27,029 bases of DNA, taken from positions 1 through 27,029 of IMG/VR virus record IMGVR_UViG_3300032220_000788; one strand, 5' to 3'. Origin of the DNA: a virus (lineage: Duplodnaviria; Caudoviricetes). The notes beneath the pieces are model-generated. The model was not told the origin of the DNA and searched no databases. It was given only the letters and a program-made list of their open reading frames with translations. Below, piece by piece: positions 18,327-25,158 of the stretch. Each line of letters begins with the position of its first letter. Within the stretch, counting starts at the first letter, position 1. The position numbers and the translations under genes are program-made.

Positions 18327-18758
18327 ATGGATGATGGAGATTGTGTGGAAAGAGATCCAAAAGACACTAATGAGTCTGTAGTTGTTGTTGTGATTAAAGA
18401 CAACAAAGTCTTAATTGTTCAACGATCAAAAACAGATTATTGGATGCCTTTGCATTGGAGTCTTCCCGGTGGTCATATTATGATTGGTGAAACACCATAT
18501 CATGCTGCCAAACGTGAACTACAAGAAGAAGTTTCTTTAGTAGCAAAGACAATTAGTTATGTTGGAACAAGAAAGTCATACGACAATCATAAGATGTATG
18601 TTTATGCTTGTGACGATTTTGGTGGTGATGTTAAACTAAACTTTGAGCACTCTGATTATAAATGGGTTTCAATTGATGAAGTTGACGATTACAAATGCAC
18701 ACCAAAACTTAAACAAATTATTGCAGATGCTTTGCAAATACCACTAGGTTATTATTAA
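18327..18758 (+). CDS. Nudix hydrolase
   Basis: WSLPGGHIMIGETPYHAAKRELQEEVSL Nudix box and EHSDYKWV. ATG 18321 overlaps the -10 box, so ATG 18327 is taken as the start (uncertain). Confidence 0.9.
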   Translation: MDDGDCVERDPKDTNESVVVVVIKDNKVLIVQRSKTDYWMPLHWSLPGGHIMIGETPYHAAKRELQEEVSLVAKTISYVGTRKSYDNHKMYVYACDDFGGDVKLNFEHSDYKWVSIDEVDDYKCTPKLKQIIADALQIPLGYY

Positions 18759-19576
18759 TGAATATTCTTGGTATTGGGAAAATAGGTTCTGCAATTGCAG
18801 AAAAGTTTAAATCTTATCCGCAATATTCTGTTTTTAAGATTTCATCTGATTTAAAAACAGAGAAGAACAACTTCTTCCTTGAAGAATATTCTAATCCAGA
18901 ACAATACGATAACAATCCAATAAATCCCAATTTTAACATTAATGATGAACTAGATGTTATCTTGTGCGGTGAAGAACTTATGTGTGCTTCGACGCTAAGA
19001 ATACTTGAAAATTATAAAAGTTGTTCAATTAGAATCTTTTATATTAAACCATCTTCTAAGTTTCTTGCTGAAACGCAAAAGATGACTGACAAAGTTGTGT
19101 ATAATGTACTACAAGAATATACACGTTCTAAAAAACTAGAGTCGTTTTTTATTCTTGAATATGATACACTTGTTAAAACGATAGGTAAAGTTCCTCTTAC
19201 AAAAGTAAAAGATGAATTATATACTTATATTTGTTCCACTATTCATATGATTAATTTTCTTGATAATAACGAACCTGTTATGTCAAATTATCAAGATACT
19301 CCAGTTACATATTGCATTAACACTATTGGCATTATGGACTTCAAGACAAGCGAAGAAAATAAGTTCTTTCTTCTTGACAACGTGAGAGAAAAGAGATATT
19401 ATTATTGTATCAACGACAAGCAGTTAAACACCGATGGAGAATTATTTGACACCATAAATAATCAAATTGACTCTAAAATTGAAGAAAATTGTAATATTAT
19501 GTTTGGCGTATATTCGTCCAATTACAATGAAAATTATTGTTATGTAGTTTATAAATCCCCTTATATTCAAAAGTAG
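18758..19576 (+). CDS. Degenerate tubulin/FtsZ-like protein (putative)
   Basis: N-terminal ILGIGKIGSAIAEKF resembles the tubulin/FtsZ T1 loop, but the GGGTG(S/T)G signature is absent. Confidence 0.4.
   Translation: MNILGIGKIGSAIAEKFKSYPQYSVFKISSDLKTEKNNFFLEEYSNPEQYDNNPINPNFNINDELDVILCGEELMCASTLRILENYKSCSIRIFYIKPSSKFLAETQKMTDKVVYNVLQEYTRSKKLESFFILEYDTLVKTIGKVPLTKVKDELYTYICSTIHMINFLDNNEPVMSNYQDTPVTYCINTIGIMDFKTSEENKFFLLDNVREKRYYYCINDKQLNTDGELFDTINNQIDSKIEENCNIMFGVYSSNYNENYCYVVYKSPYIQK
19374..19402 (+). promoter_or_regulatory. Possible intragenic sigma70 promoter
   Basis: TTGACA-17 nt-TATTAT inside ORF 18758. Confidence 0.35.
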
Positions 19577-19581
19577 GTATT

Positions 19582-19845
19582 ATGGAAACAGCATACAAAA
19601 TTACCTTCACTAAGAAGGATGGTTCGTTGCGTACTATGGTCTTTTGCGAAGTTAAAGATTTGCCAACGGAACTAATTAATAGTAGAATTAAAAACTCTGG
19701 TGTTAGTCGTGTACTACAAGATGGTAATCGTGTAGTATATGATTTGGAGGCAAGAGATTTTCGTATTATTAACGAAAAGACGATGATTGGACAAATCGAA
19801 ACAATCTCTCTTGACTCTGTATTTGAAAGTGGTTATGTTTTTTAG
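19582..19845 (+). CDS. Small SH3/Sm-like beta-barrel protein (WYL_2/DUF2693-like)
   Basis: ITFTKKDGSLRTM...VVYDLEARDFRIIN pattern. Confidence 0.6.
   Translation: METAYKITFTKKDGSLRTMVFCEVKDLPTELINSRIKNSGVSRVLQDGNRVVYDLEARDFRIINEKTMIGQIETISLDSVFESGYVF
19811..19839 (+). promoter_or_regulatory. Sigma70-type promoter for SSB gene
   Basis: TTGACT-17 nt-TATGTT in the 3' end of the upstream ORF. Confidence 0.5.
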
Positions 19846-19896
19846 TGGCGGGATAGGAGATTTGCTATTCCGTTCTTATTATAAAGGAGTATAATT

Positions 19897-20673
19897 ATGG
19901 GACTTGATCTTGCAAAAATGAAAGCTAAACTTGATTCACTCAACAACAAAGGTGGTGGTTCAAGTACAAATATGTGGAAGCCCGAAGCAGGGCAGCACTC
20001 AATCCGCATTGTTCCAACAGAAGATGGTGATCCATTTAAGGAAATGTGGTTCCATTATGGAGTAGGAAATCAAAACTTCCTATGTCCAAAAAAGAATCAC
20101 AACGAGTCTTGTCCCGTTTGTGAATTTGCATCACAACTCTGGCGTGACGGAACTGCAAATGAGGACAAGGAAAGCCAAAAGATGGCAAAAGACCTTTTCC
20201 CTCGTCAACGTTTTATGTCACCAATTATTGTACGTGGTGACGAAGCAAAGGGTGTTCAAGTTTGGTCTTATGGCAAACGTGCGTATGAAACTCTTATTCA
20301 ACTTGTTCTAAATCCAGATTACGGAGATATTACTGATCCAGAAACTGGTTTTGACCTTGTAATTGATTATACCAAACCAACAACTCCCGGTGCTTTCCCA
20401 GAGACTAAGATTACTCCTCGTCGTAAGGAGTCTCCACTCTGCGATCCTGCATATGGTGGTCCTGCAAAATGCAAGGAACTTCTTGATACAATTCCAGATT
20501 TTACTACGCTTTATAAACGTGTAAATTCTAGCGAAGTTCAGAAGATTCTTGATAGTGCCCTTGCATCCGATGAAAGTGCAGAAACATCATCCCGTGAAAT
20601 TGTAAAGGGTGGTGGTAAGAAGACTGCATCATCATCTGTAGATGAAGCGTTTGAACAATTTAACGCAAAGTAA
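19897..20673 (+). CDS. Single-stranded DNA-binding protein (T4 gp32-like)
   Basis: WKP..G..IRIVP, Zn ligands H..CP..CPVC, YGDITDPETGFDL, acidic/aromatic C-terminus (VDEAFEQF); AAGGAG SD. Confidence 0.85.
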   Translation: MGLDLAKMKAKLDSLNNKGGGSSTNMWKPEAGQHSIRIVPTEDGDPFKEMWFHYGVGNQNFLCPKKNHNESCPVCEFASQLWRDGTANEDKESQKMAKDLFPRQRFMSPIIVRGDEAKGVQVWSYGKRAYETLIQLVLNPDYGDITDPETGFDLVIDYTKPTTPGAFPETKITPRRKESPLCDPAYGGPAKCKELLDTIPDFTTLYKRVNSSEVQKILDSALASDESAETSSREIVKGGGKKTASSSVDEAFEQFNAK

Positions 20674-20676
20674 TAG

Positions 20677-20705
20677 TTGACAATCAATAAAGACGGGTAT
20701 ATCTT
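20677..20705 (+). promoter_or_regulatory. Sigma70-type promoter for recA overlapping a terminator
   Basis: TTGACA-17 nt-TATCTT. Confidence 0.6.
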
Positions 20706-20729
20706 TATGGTATGCCCGTCTTTTTCTTT
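20689..20729 (+). terminator. Rho-independent terminator after SSB gene
   Basis: AAAGACGGGTATA...TATGCCCGTCTTT stem (one G-U pair) running into TTTTTCTTT. Confidence 0.75.
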
Positions 20730-20743
20730 ATGAGGAATATTTT

Positions 20744-21898
20744 ATGGCAAAGAAGACAACTACCACCAAAAATGGTAAATTATCAATCGCAGAACTCAAA
20801 GACTTAATTAATAAAAAAGCTGGAAATGAAGTAGCTTTCAATCTTATTGACGATAATCCTACCGATGTAGCAGAGTGGATTCCAACAGGTTCACGTTGGT
20901 TAGATTCCATTATTTGTAAAGGAAAAATGGCTGGTATTCCAGTAGGAAAGATTACAGAAATTGCTGGTCTTTCTGCATCTGGTAAATCATATATGGCTGC
21001 ACAAGTAGCAGCAAATGCCCAAAAATTAGGAATCGATGTTATTTACTTTGATTCAGAATCTGCTCTTGACTCTGAATTTCTTGAAAAAGCAGGATGTAAT
21101 GTAGAAAATATTCTGTATGTTCAAGCACAATCTGTTGAGTTTGTTCTTGAAACAATAGAAGAGTTGTTGGGAGCAAATAACAACAAAATGTTGTTCATTT
21201 GGGATTCCCTTGCTCTTACGCCAGCAAATGCAGACCTTGAAGGAGACTTCAATCCTCAATCTACAATGGCTCAAAAGCCACGTATTCTTTCTAAAGGTAT
21301 GTCTAAACTTGTTCAGCCAATCGCAAATAAGCAATCCACTTTGTTAGTATTAAATCAGCTTAAAACGAACATCACTAGCACGCCCGCAGAAGCCCTTGTA
21401 GAGCCTTATTTTACTCCGGGTGGCAAAGCTCTACCCTATGCCTACTCGTTGCGTATATGGCTTACTGGACGCAAATCTAAGGCATCCTATGTTGTAGATG
21501 ATAATGGATATCGCCTAGGTTCTGAGGTTAAGGTAAAGCTTAAAAAGTCTCGTTTTGGTACGGAAGGTCGTGAGTGTACTTTTAAGATCCTATGGGGTGG
21601 TGAAGATATCGCTATTCAAGATGAAGAATCATGGTTTGAGGCTGTTAAAATTTCACCATATTTTGAACAAACAGGTGCGTGGTATTCTCTTGTTTATGCT
21701 GATGGAACAAAAGAAAAGTTCCAAGCAGCAAATTGGATTGATAAGTTACAAAATGATAAATTTAAGAAACGTGTTCTTGAACTGATGGATAAAGAATTGA
21801 TTTATAACTTTGAGACAAAAGAAGGACACGCATCAAAATATTACAATATTGATGGTGAAGAAGAATCAATGATTGAAGATGCAGAAAGTGCAAAATAA
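20744..21898 (+). CDS. recA: RecA/UvsX recombinase
   Basis: IPTGS..LD, GIPVGKITEIAGLSASGKS (Walker A), YFDSE, IWDSL (Walker B), LNQL, TPGGKAL. Confidence 0.95.
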   Translation: MAKKTTTTKNGKLSIAELKDLINKKAGNEVAFNLIDDNPTDVAEWIPTGSRWLDSIICKGKMAGIPVGKITEIAGLSASGKSYMAAQVAANAQKLGIDVIYFDSESALDSEFLEKAGCNVENILYVQAQSVEFVLETIEELLGANNNKMLFIWDSLALTPANADLEGDFNPQSTMAQKPRILSKGMSKLVQPIANKQSTLLVLNQLKTNITSTPAEALVEPYFTPGGKALPYAYSLRIWLTGRKSKASYVVDDNGYRLGSEVKVKLKKSRFGTEGRECTFKILWGGEDIAIQDEESWFEAVKISPYFEQTGAWYSLVYADGTKEKFQAANWIDKLQNDKFKKRVLELMDKELIYNFETKEGHASKYYNIDGEEESMIEDAESAK

Positions 21899-21948
21899 AT
21901 TAAATATTTTCTAATGATGAAAGTCTAATTATTATTGGAGGAACCAAT

Positions 21949-22245
21949 ATGTTTTACTTACTTCTGTCTCTTTTGATAAATACTGCCGATGCACATCCAT
22001 CTAGCCGTGGGCATCATCATCCACCACCCGCTAACTATCGTAATAGACCACCACCAGCAGCATCTTACCACTCCCACAGACCTCCTCCTCGTCCTTATGC
22101 TCCTGTAGCAAGAATCGGTTTTAGATTTATTTGGAACGGATTTGTTTGGATGGAAGTACCTGTTCATTACTCACGTATTGTATGGGTTCCCGGTCACTAT
22201 GATAGATGGGGTTATTGGGTTCCCGGTCATTATCGTTCTGTATAA
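21949..22245 (+). CDS. Small secreted Pro/His-rich protein with two WVPGHY (YXWGXW-like) repeats
   Basis: GGAGG SD; hydrophobic N-terminus ending ADA|H; HHHPPP linker; WVPGHY x2. Confidence 0.7.
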   Translation: MFYLLLSLLINTADAHPSSRGHHHPPPANYRNRPPPAASYHSHRPPPRPYAPVARIGFRFIWNGFVWMEVPVHYSRIVWVPGHYDRWGYWVPGHYRSV

Positions 22246-22263
22246 AGTCATACACTAAAATCC

Positions 22264-22292
22264 TTGCAATCACCTATTGGGCATGGTATATT
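22264..22292 (+). promoter_or_regulatory. Sigma70-type promoter embedded in a 21-bp hairpin
   Basis: TTGCAA-17 nt-TATATT with TGn extension; the -10 box is in the loop of inverted repeat 22266-22315. Confidence 0.7.
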
Positions 22293-22319
22293 ATCTATGT
22301 TCAATAGGTGATTGTCTTT

Positions 22320-22730
22320 ATGGAGTCTGACCCGAAGTTGTCCCACAAGAAGCGTAGGTATATTGAGCTTGCTATGCGTGTTGCAGAGCAGTCTGATTTT
22401 AAGGAGTATCGCCACGGAGCAGTTCTTGTTCGTGGTGGTTCTGTCATTAATACGTCTTGCAATAAGAACAAGTATCGTTCTTGGGGCAATCGTTTTCGTA
22501 AGAGGCAGATTGGTCATGCAACGCATCATGCGGAGCTTGGCTGTGTTCTTGGACTTGATCGTTCTATTACCGAGGGTGCAACGATGTATGTTGTCCGTAT
22601 CGGTAAGTCTGGTGTTCTTCGTAACTCTAAGCCTTGCCCAATGTGCGAGGCAGCACTTGTTTATGTCGGTATTAAGAAGGTAGTTTATTCTGACGAAAAT
22701 GGAAATATTCAGTCTATGAGAGTTCTTTGA
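22320..22730 (+). CDS. Zn-dependent CMP/dCMP-type deaminase
   Basis: HGAVLVRGG, HAE and SKPCPMC motifs, GIKKVVYS; SD AGGTGA 8 nt upstream of ATG 22320. Confidence 0.85.
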   Translation: MESDPKLSHKKRRYIELAMRVAEQSDFKEYRHGAVLVRGGSVINTSCNKNKYRSWGNRFRKRQIGHATHHAELGCVLGLDRSITEGATMYVVRIGKSGVLRNSKPCPMCEAALVYVGIKKVVYSDENGNIQSMRVL

Positions 22731-23050
22731 TGCGAAAGTTTAAGAATTATTACGAAGAAAATTATCATAACTATAAAGAGCCTTGGGAAGAAGCTAAGGA
22801 AGGTTGTTGGATTGTTATAAAAAAGGACGGAGTTACTTCAACGAGAAAGATTGAAGAAGCTGACTATCCTCAACTTGAATTTGCGCTTGCAAAATGTTAT
22901 GATATTGTAGTGAAAAGAATTATTGATTTTATGAATAATAAAAATCATTACTTTTCACCATCAGACCTCGCACTTGATACAATTAATGGTTTGAGAAAAC
23001 TTGCAATTGAACAAAATGTTTGCTATACTAATAATACAAAAGGAGATTAG
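22730..23050 (+). CDS. Hypothetical protein
   Basis: ATG overlaps the deaminase stop (TGATG); about 106 aa. Confidence 0.6.
   Translation: MRKFKNYYEENYHNYKEPWEEAKEGCWIVIKKDGVTSTRKIEEADYPQLEFALAKCYDIVVKRIIDFMNNKNHYFSPSDLALDTINGLRKLAIEQNVCYTNNTKGD
23001..23029 (+). promoter_or_regulatory. Sigma70-type promoter
   Basis: TTGCAA-17 nt-TATACT with TGn extension, then an AAGGAG SD before ORF 23059. Confidence 0.7.
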
Positions 23051-23058
23051 TTTTTAAA

Positions 23059-23277
23059 ATGTCAAAAGTATTTCTTGTTCTTGACCTAAATGACACCAAT
23101 TCATTTACTAATGACGTAAATGTTGTTGGTGTTTATTCTTCAATGCTTAACGCAGGTAAGGCAAAGCAACGAGCAATGGCTAAAGCAATTGAAGAGGGTA
23201 TCGAAGATCACTCGTCAATTGGATTTTTTGAGAAAAACCTTGTTATCAAGGAGGTTGTTCTGGATCAAATTGCATGA
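23059..23277 (+). CDS. Hypothetical protein
   Basis: 72 aa; has a promoter and SD upstream and an ATGA overlap with the next gene. Confidence 0.65.
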   Translation: MSKVFLVLDLNDTNSFTNDVNVVGVYSSMLNAGKAKQRAMAKAIEEGIEDHSSIGFFEKNLVIKEVVLDQIA

Positions 23278-23633
23278 CATATAAAGAACTTTTTGTAAAA
23301 TACCCCAAACTCTACTCTAAGCTTTCATATTTTGAGTGTGATATTGGATGGTTCTCTCTTATTGATGAACTATCAAAAAATATTGAAGCAATAAACGAAA
23401 AATATAGTAATTCAGAACACATGATTACGGCTGCTCAAGTAAAAGAAAAGTTTGGTGGCCTTCGTTTTTATGTAGATTCGTATGGTATTTCTAACGAAGA
23501 TTATGAAACTTGTACAAAACTAATTTCTGAAGCAGAAAATCTATCATATACTATATGTGAAATGTGTGGTACTACCCCAGCTAGTGTAACGAAGACAAGA
23601 TGGATTAGGACTCTATGCGATAAATGTCGGTAA
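23274..23633 (+). CDS. Conserved phage protein with QVKEKFGGLRFY motif and C-terminal Zn ribbon
   Basis: GWFSLI, QVKEKFGGLRFY, ICEMCG..WIRTLCDKC; AGGAGG SD. Confidence 0.75.
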   Translation: MTYKELFVKYPKLYSKLSYFECDIGWFSLIDELSKNIEAINEKYSNSEHMITAAQVKEKFGGLRFYVDSYGISNEDYETCTKLISEAENLSYTICEMCGTTPASVTKTRWIRTLCDKCR

Positions 23634-23866
23634 ATTTTAAGATCGGTGAAATTGTAAAAGTCAACAAATGGAGTTCGTCGTTTTATCCATTTGAGGTTTA
23701 TGATCCATCTAATATGACGTTCCCCAAGCAACATCGCTTGTTTGGGGAATTTTCATTTTTAGGCATTATTATTGATATACTTGATGATATGTGTCATATT
23801 TGGGTTGTAAATTTGGAAAAAACATATTATATTTACAATAAGGATATTGAAAAATGCCAAGACTAA
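23624..23866 (+). CDS. Hypothetical protein (SH3/KOW-like start FKIGEIVKV)
   Basis: 80-aa ORF overlapping both neighbours in the operon. Confidence 0.5.
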   Translation: MSVNFKIGEIVKVNKWSSSFYPFEVYDPSNMTFPKQHRLFGEFSFLGIIIDILDDMCHIWVVNLEKTYYIYNKDIEKCQD

Positions 23867-24804
23867 TGGTTGTTGATGGAAATAACCAATACTTAAGAGC
23901 TTATATTGTTAATCCTACATTGTCACCAAATGGACAACCTATTGGTGGTGTTGTTGGTATGATTAAGATTTTACAAAAACTATGCAAAGAAATTAACCCA
24001 GACCAAATTATTATTTGTTGGGATGGTGAAGGTGGTTCATCAAAACGCAAATCGATGAACAAAAACTATAAAGAAGGCAGAAGCCCAATTCGACTTAATC
24101 GTGATGTTCGTAATCTCACGGAAAACGAAGAATTAGCCAATAAAATTTGGCAACAAACAAGGTTAGCAGAATATTTTAATCAACTTCCAGTTATTCAGTT
24201 TCTTTATCCCAATATCGAAGCTGATGATATCATTTCGTATGCAGTAAAACATCCACATTACAAAGATTGGCAAAAGGTCATTGTTTCATCTGATAAAGAT
24301 TTTATTCAACTTATTGATGATAAAACTATTCTATTTAGACCCATACAAGAAGAAATATTAAATGTTAAAAAAGTGCTTGAAGAATATTCTATTCATCCTA
24401 ATAATTTTGCTCTTGCTCGTTCTATATCCGGTGATTCATCTGATAATATCGAAGGCATTAAAGGTATAGGACTTGCAACAATTGCAAAACGTTTTCCTAT
24501 TTTGATGGAAAATAAAAGTTATTTTATCGATGATCTAACTAACTATTCAGTAGATAAGCAAGGTTCTGTATATGAAAAGATTTGTGGTAACGTAGAGCTT
24601 ATTAAAGATAATTATAATATTATGCAGCTATCTTCCCCACAAATTTCTATTCAAACTAAAAATCAAATTAATAATATTATTAAAGATTTTGAACCAGAAT
24701 TCAATCAAACGGAATTTAAAAAAATGTCTATTCAAGATGGGTTTGGTATGGTTGACTTTTCATCCCTTTTTTCTGTAATGAAAAAGTTTGTGTTTAACAA
24801 ATGA
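23854..24804 (+). CDS. 5'-3' exonuclease / flap endonuclease (T4 RNase H / PolI N-terminal-like)
   Basis: VVDGNN, CWDG, YKEGR, EADDII, SSDKDFIQL and GDSSDNIEGIKGIG motifs. Confidence 0.92.
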   Translation: MPRLMVVDGNNQYLRAYIVNPTLSPNGQPIGGVVGMIKILQKLCKEINPDQIIICWDGEGGSSKRKSMNKNYKEGRSPIRLNRDVRNLTENEELANKIWQQTRLAEYFNQLPVIQFLYPNIEADDIISYAVKHPHYKDWQKVIVSSDKDFIQLIDDKTILFRPIQEEILNVKKVLEEYSIHPNNFALARSISGDSSDNIEGIKGIGLATIAKRFPILMENKSYFIDDLTNYSVDKQGSVYEKICGNVELIKDNYNIMQLSSPQISIQTKNQINNIIKDFEPEFNQTEFKKMSIQDGFGMVDFSSLFSVMKKFVFNK

Positions 24805-25145
24805 TTAATTTATTAATTGGTTTATTTTTTCTTCTGATTGCCCAAATCATTACTTGGTATGGTACAAATGGACAATTTTTGTGGGATTGGTTTAAGCAAC
24901 ATACCTTGCTAGCATCTATTTTGTTTGGTACAACAAGTTGTTACTTTTTTATATTAGCAACAAAATATTGTTGTTTGTACTTTGACAATAATGTATGGCC
25001 TGTAAGAATTTTGTCTTTTTGTGTTGGAATCGTTAGTTTTGCTGTTTTAAGTTCTATTATAACAAACGAACATTTAACACCAAAAACTATTGTTTGTTTA
25101 TTGCTTTCTTTTATTATCATGATGATTCAAATTCTGTGGAAGTAG
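24801..25145 (+). CDS. Small four-helix membrane protein (SMR/DMT-like topology)
   Basis: 114 aa with four hydrophobic segments; ATGA-type overlap with the exonuclease gene. Confidence 0.6.
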   Translation: MINLLIGLFFLLIAQIITWYGTNGQFLWDWFKQHTLLASILFGTTSCYFFILATKYCCLYFDNNVWPVRILSFCVGIVSFAVLSSIITNEHLTPKTIVCLLLSFIIMMIQILWK

Positions 25146-25154
25146 ACTATTTAT
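25146..25154 (+). promoter_or_regulatory. Putative late promoter motif ACTATTTAT, 4 nt before ATG
   Basis: Recurrent motif; no SD between it and ATG 25159. Confidence 0.6.
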
Positions 25155-25158
25155 ATTC

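Noticed and set aside
17852-18406. 184-aa minus-strand ORF (and the other minus-strand ORFs in the track)
   Set aside because: They lie antisense to motif-bearing + strand genes and show no recognisable domains; shadow ORFs.
22301-22683. Alternative-frame ORFs 22301-22489, 22312-22683 and 22248-22529 over the deaminase
   Set aside because: Explained by the stop-poor, A-depleted codon usage of the deaminase gene; no motifs.
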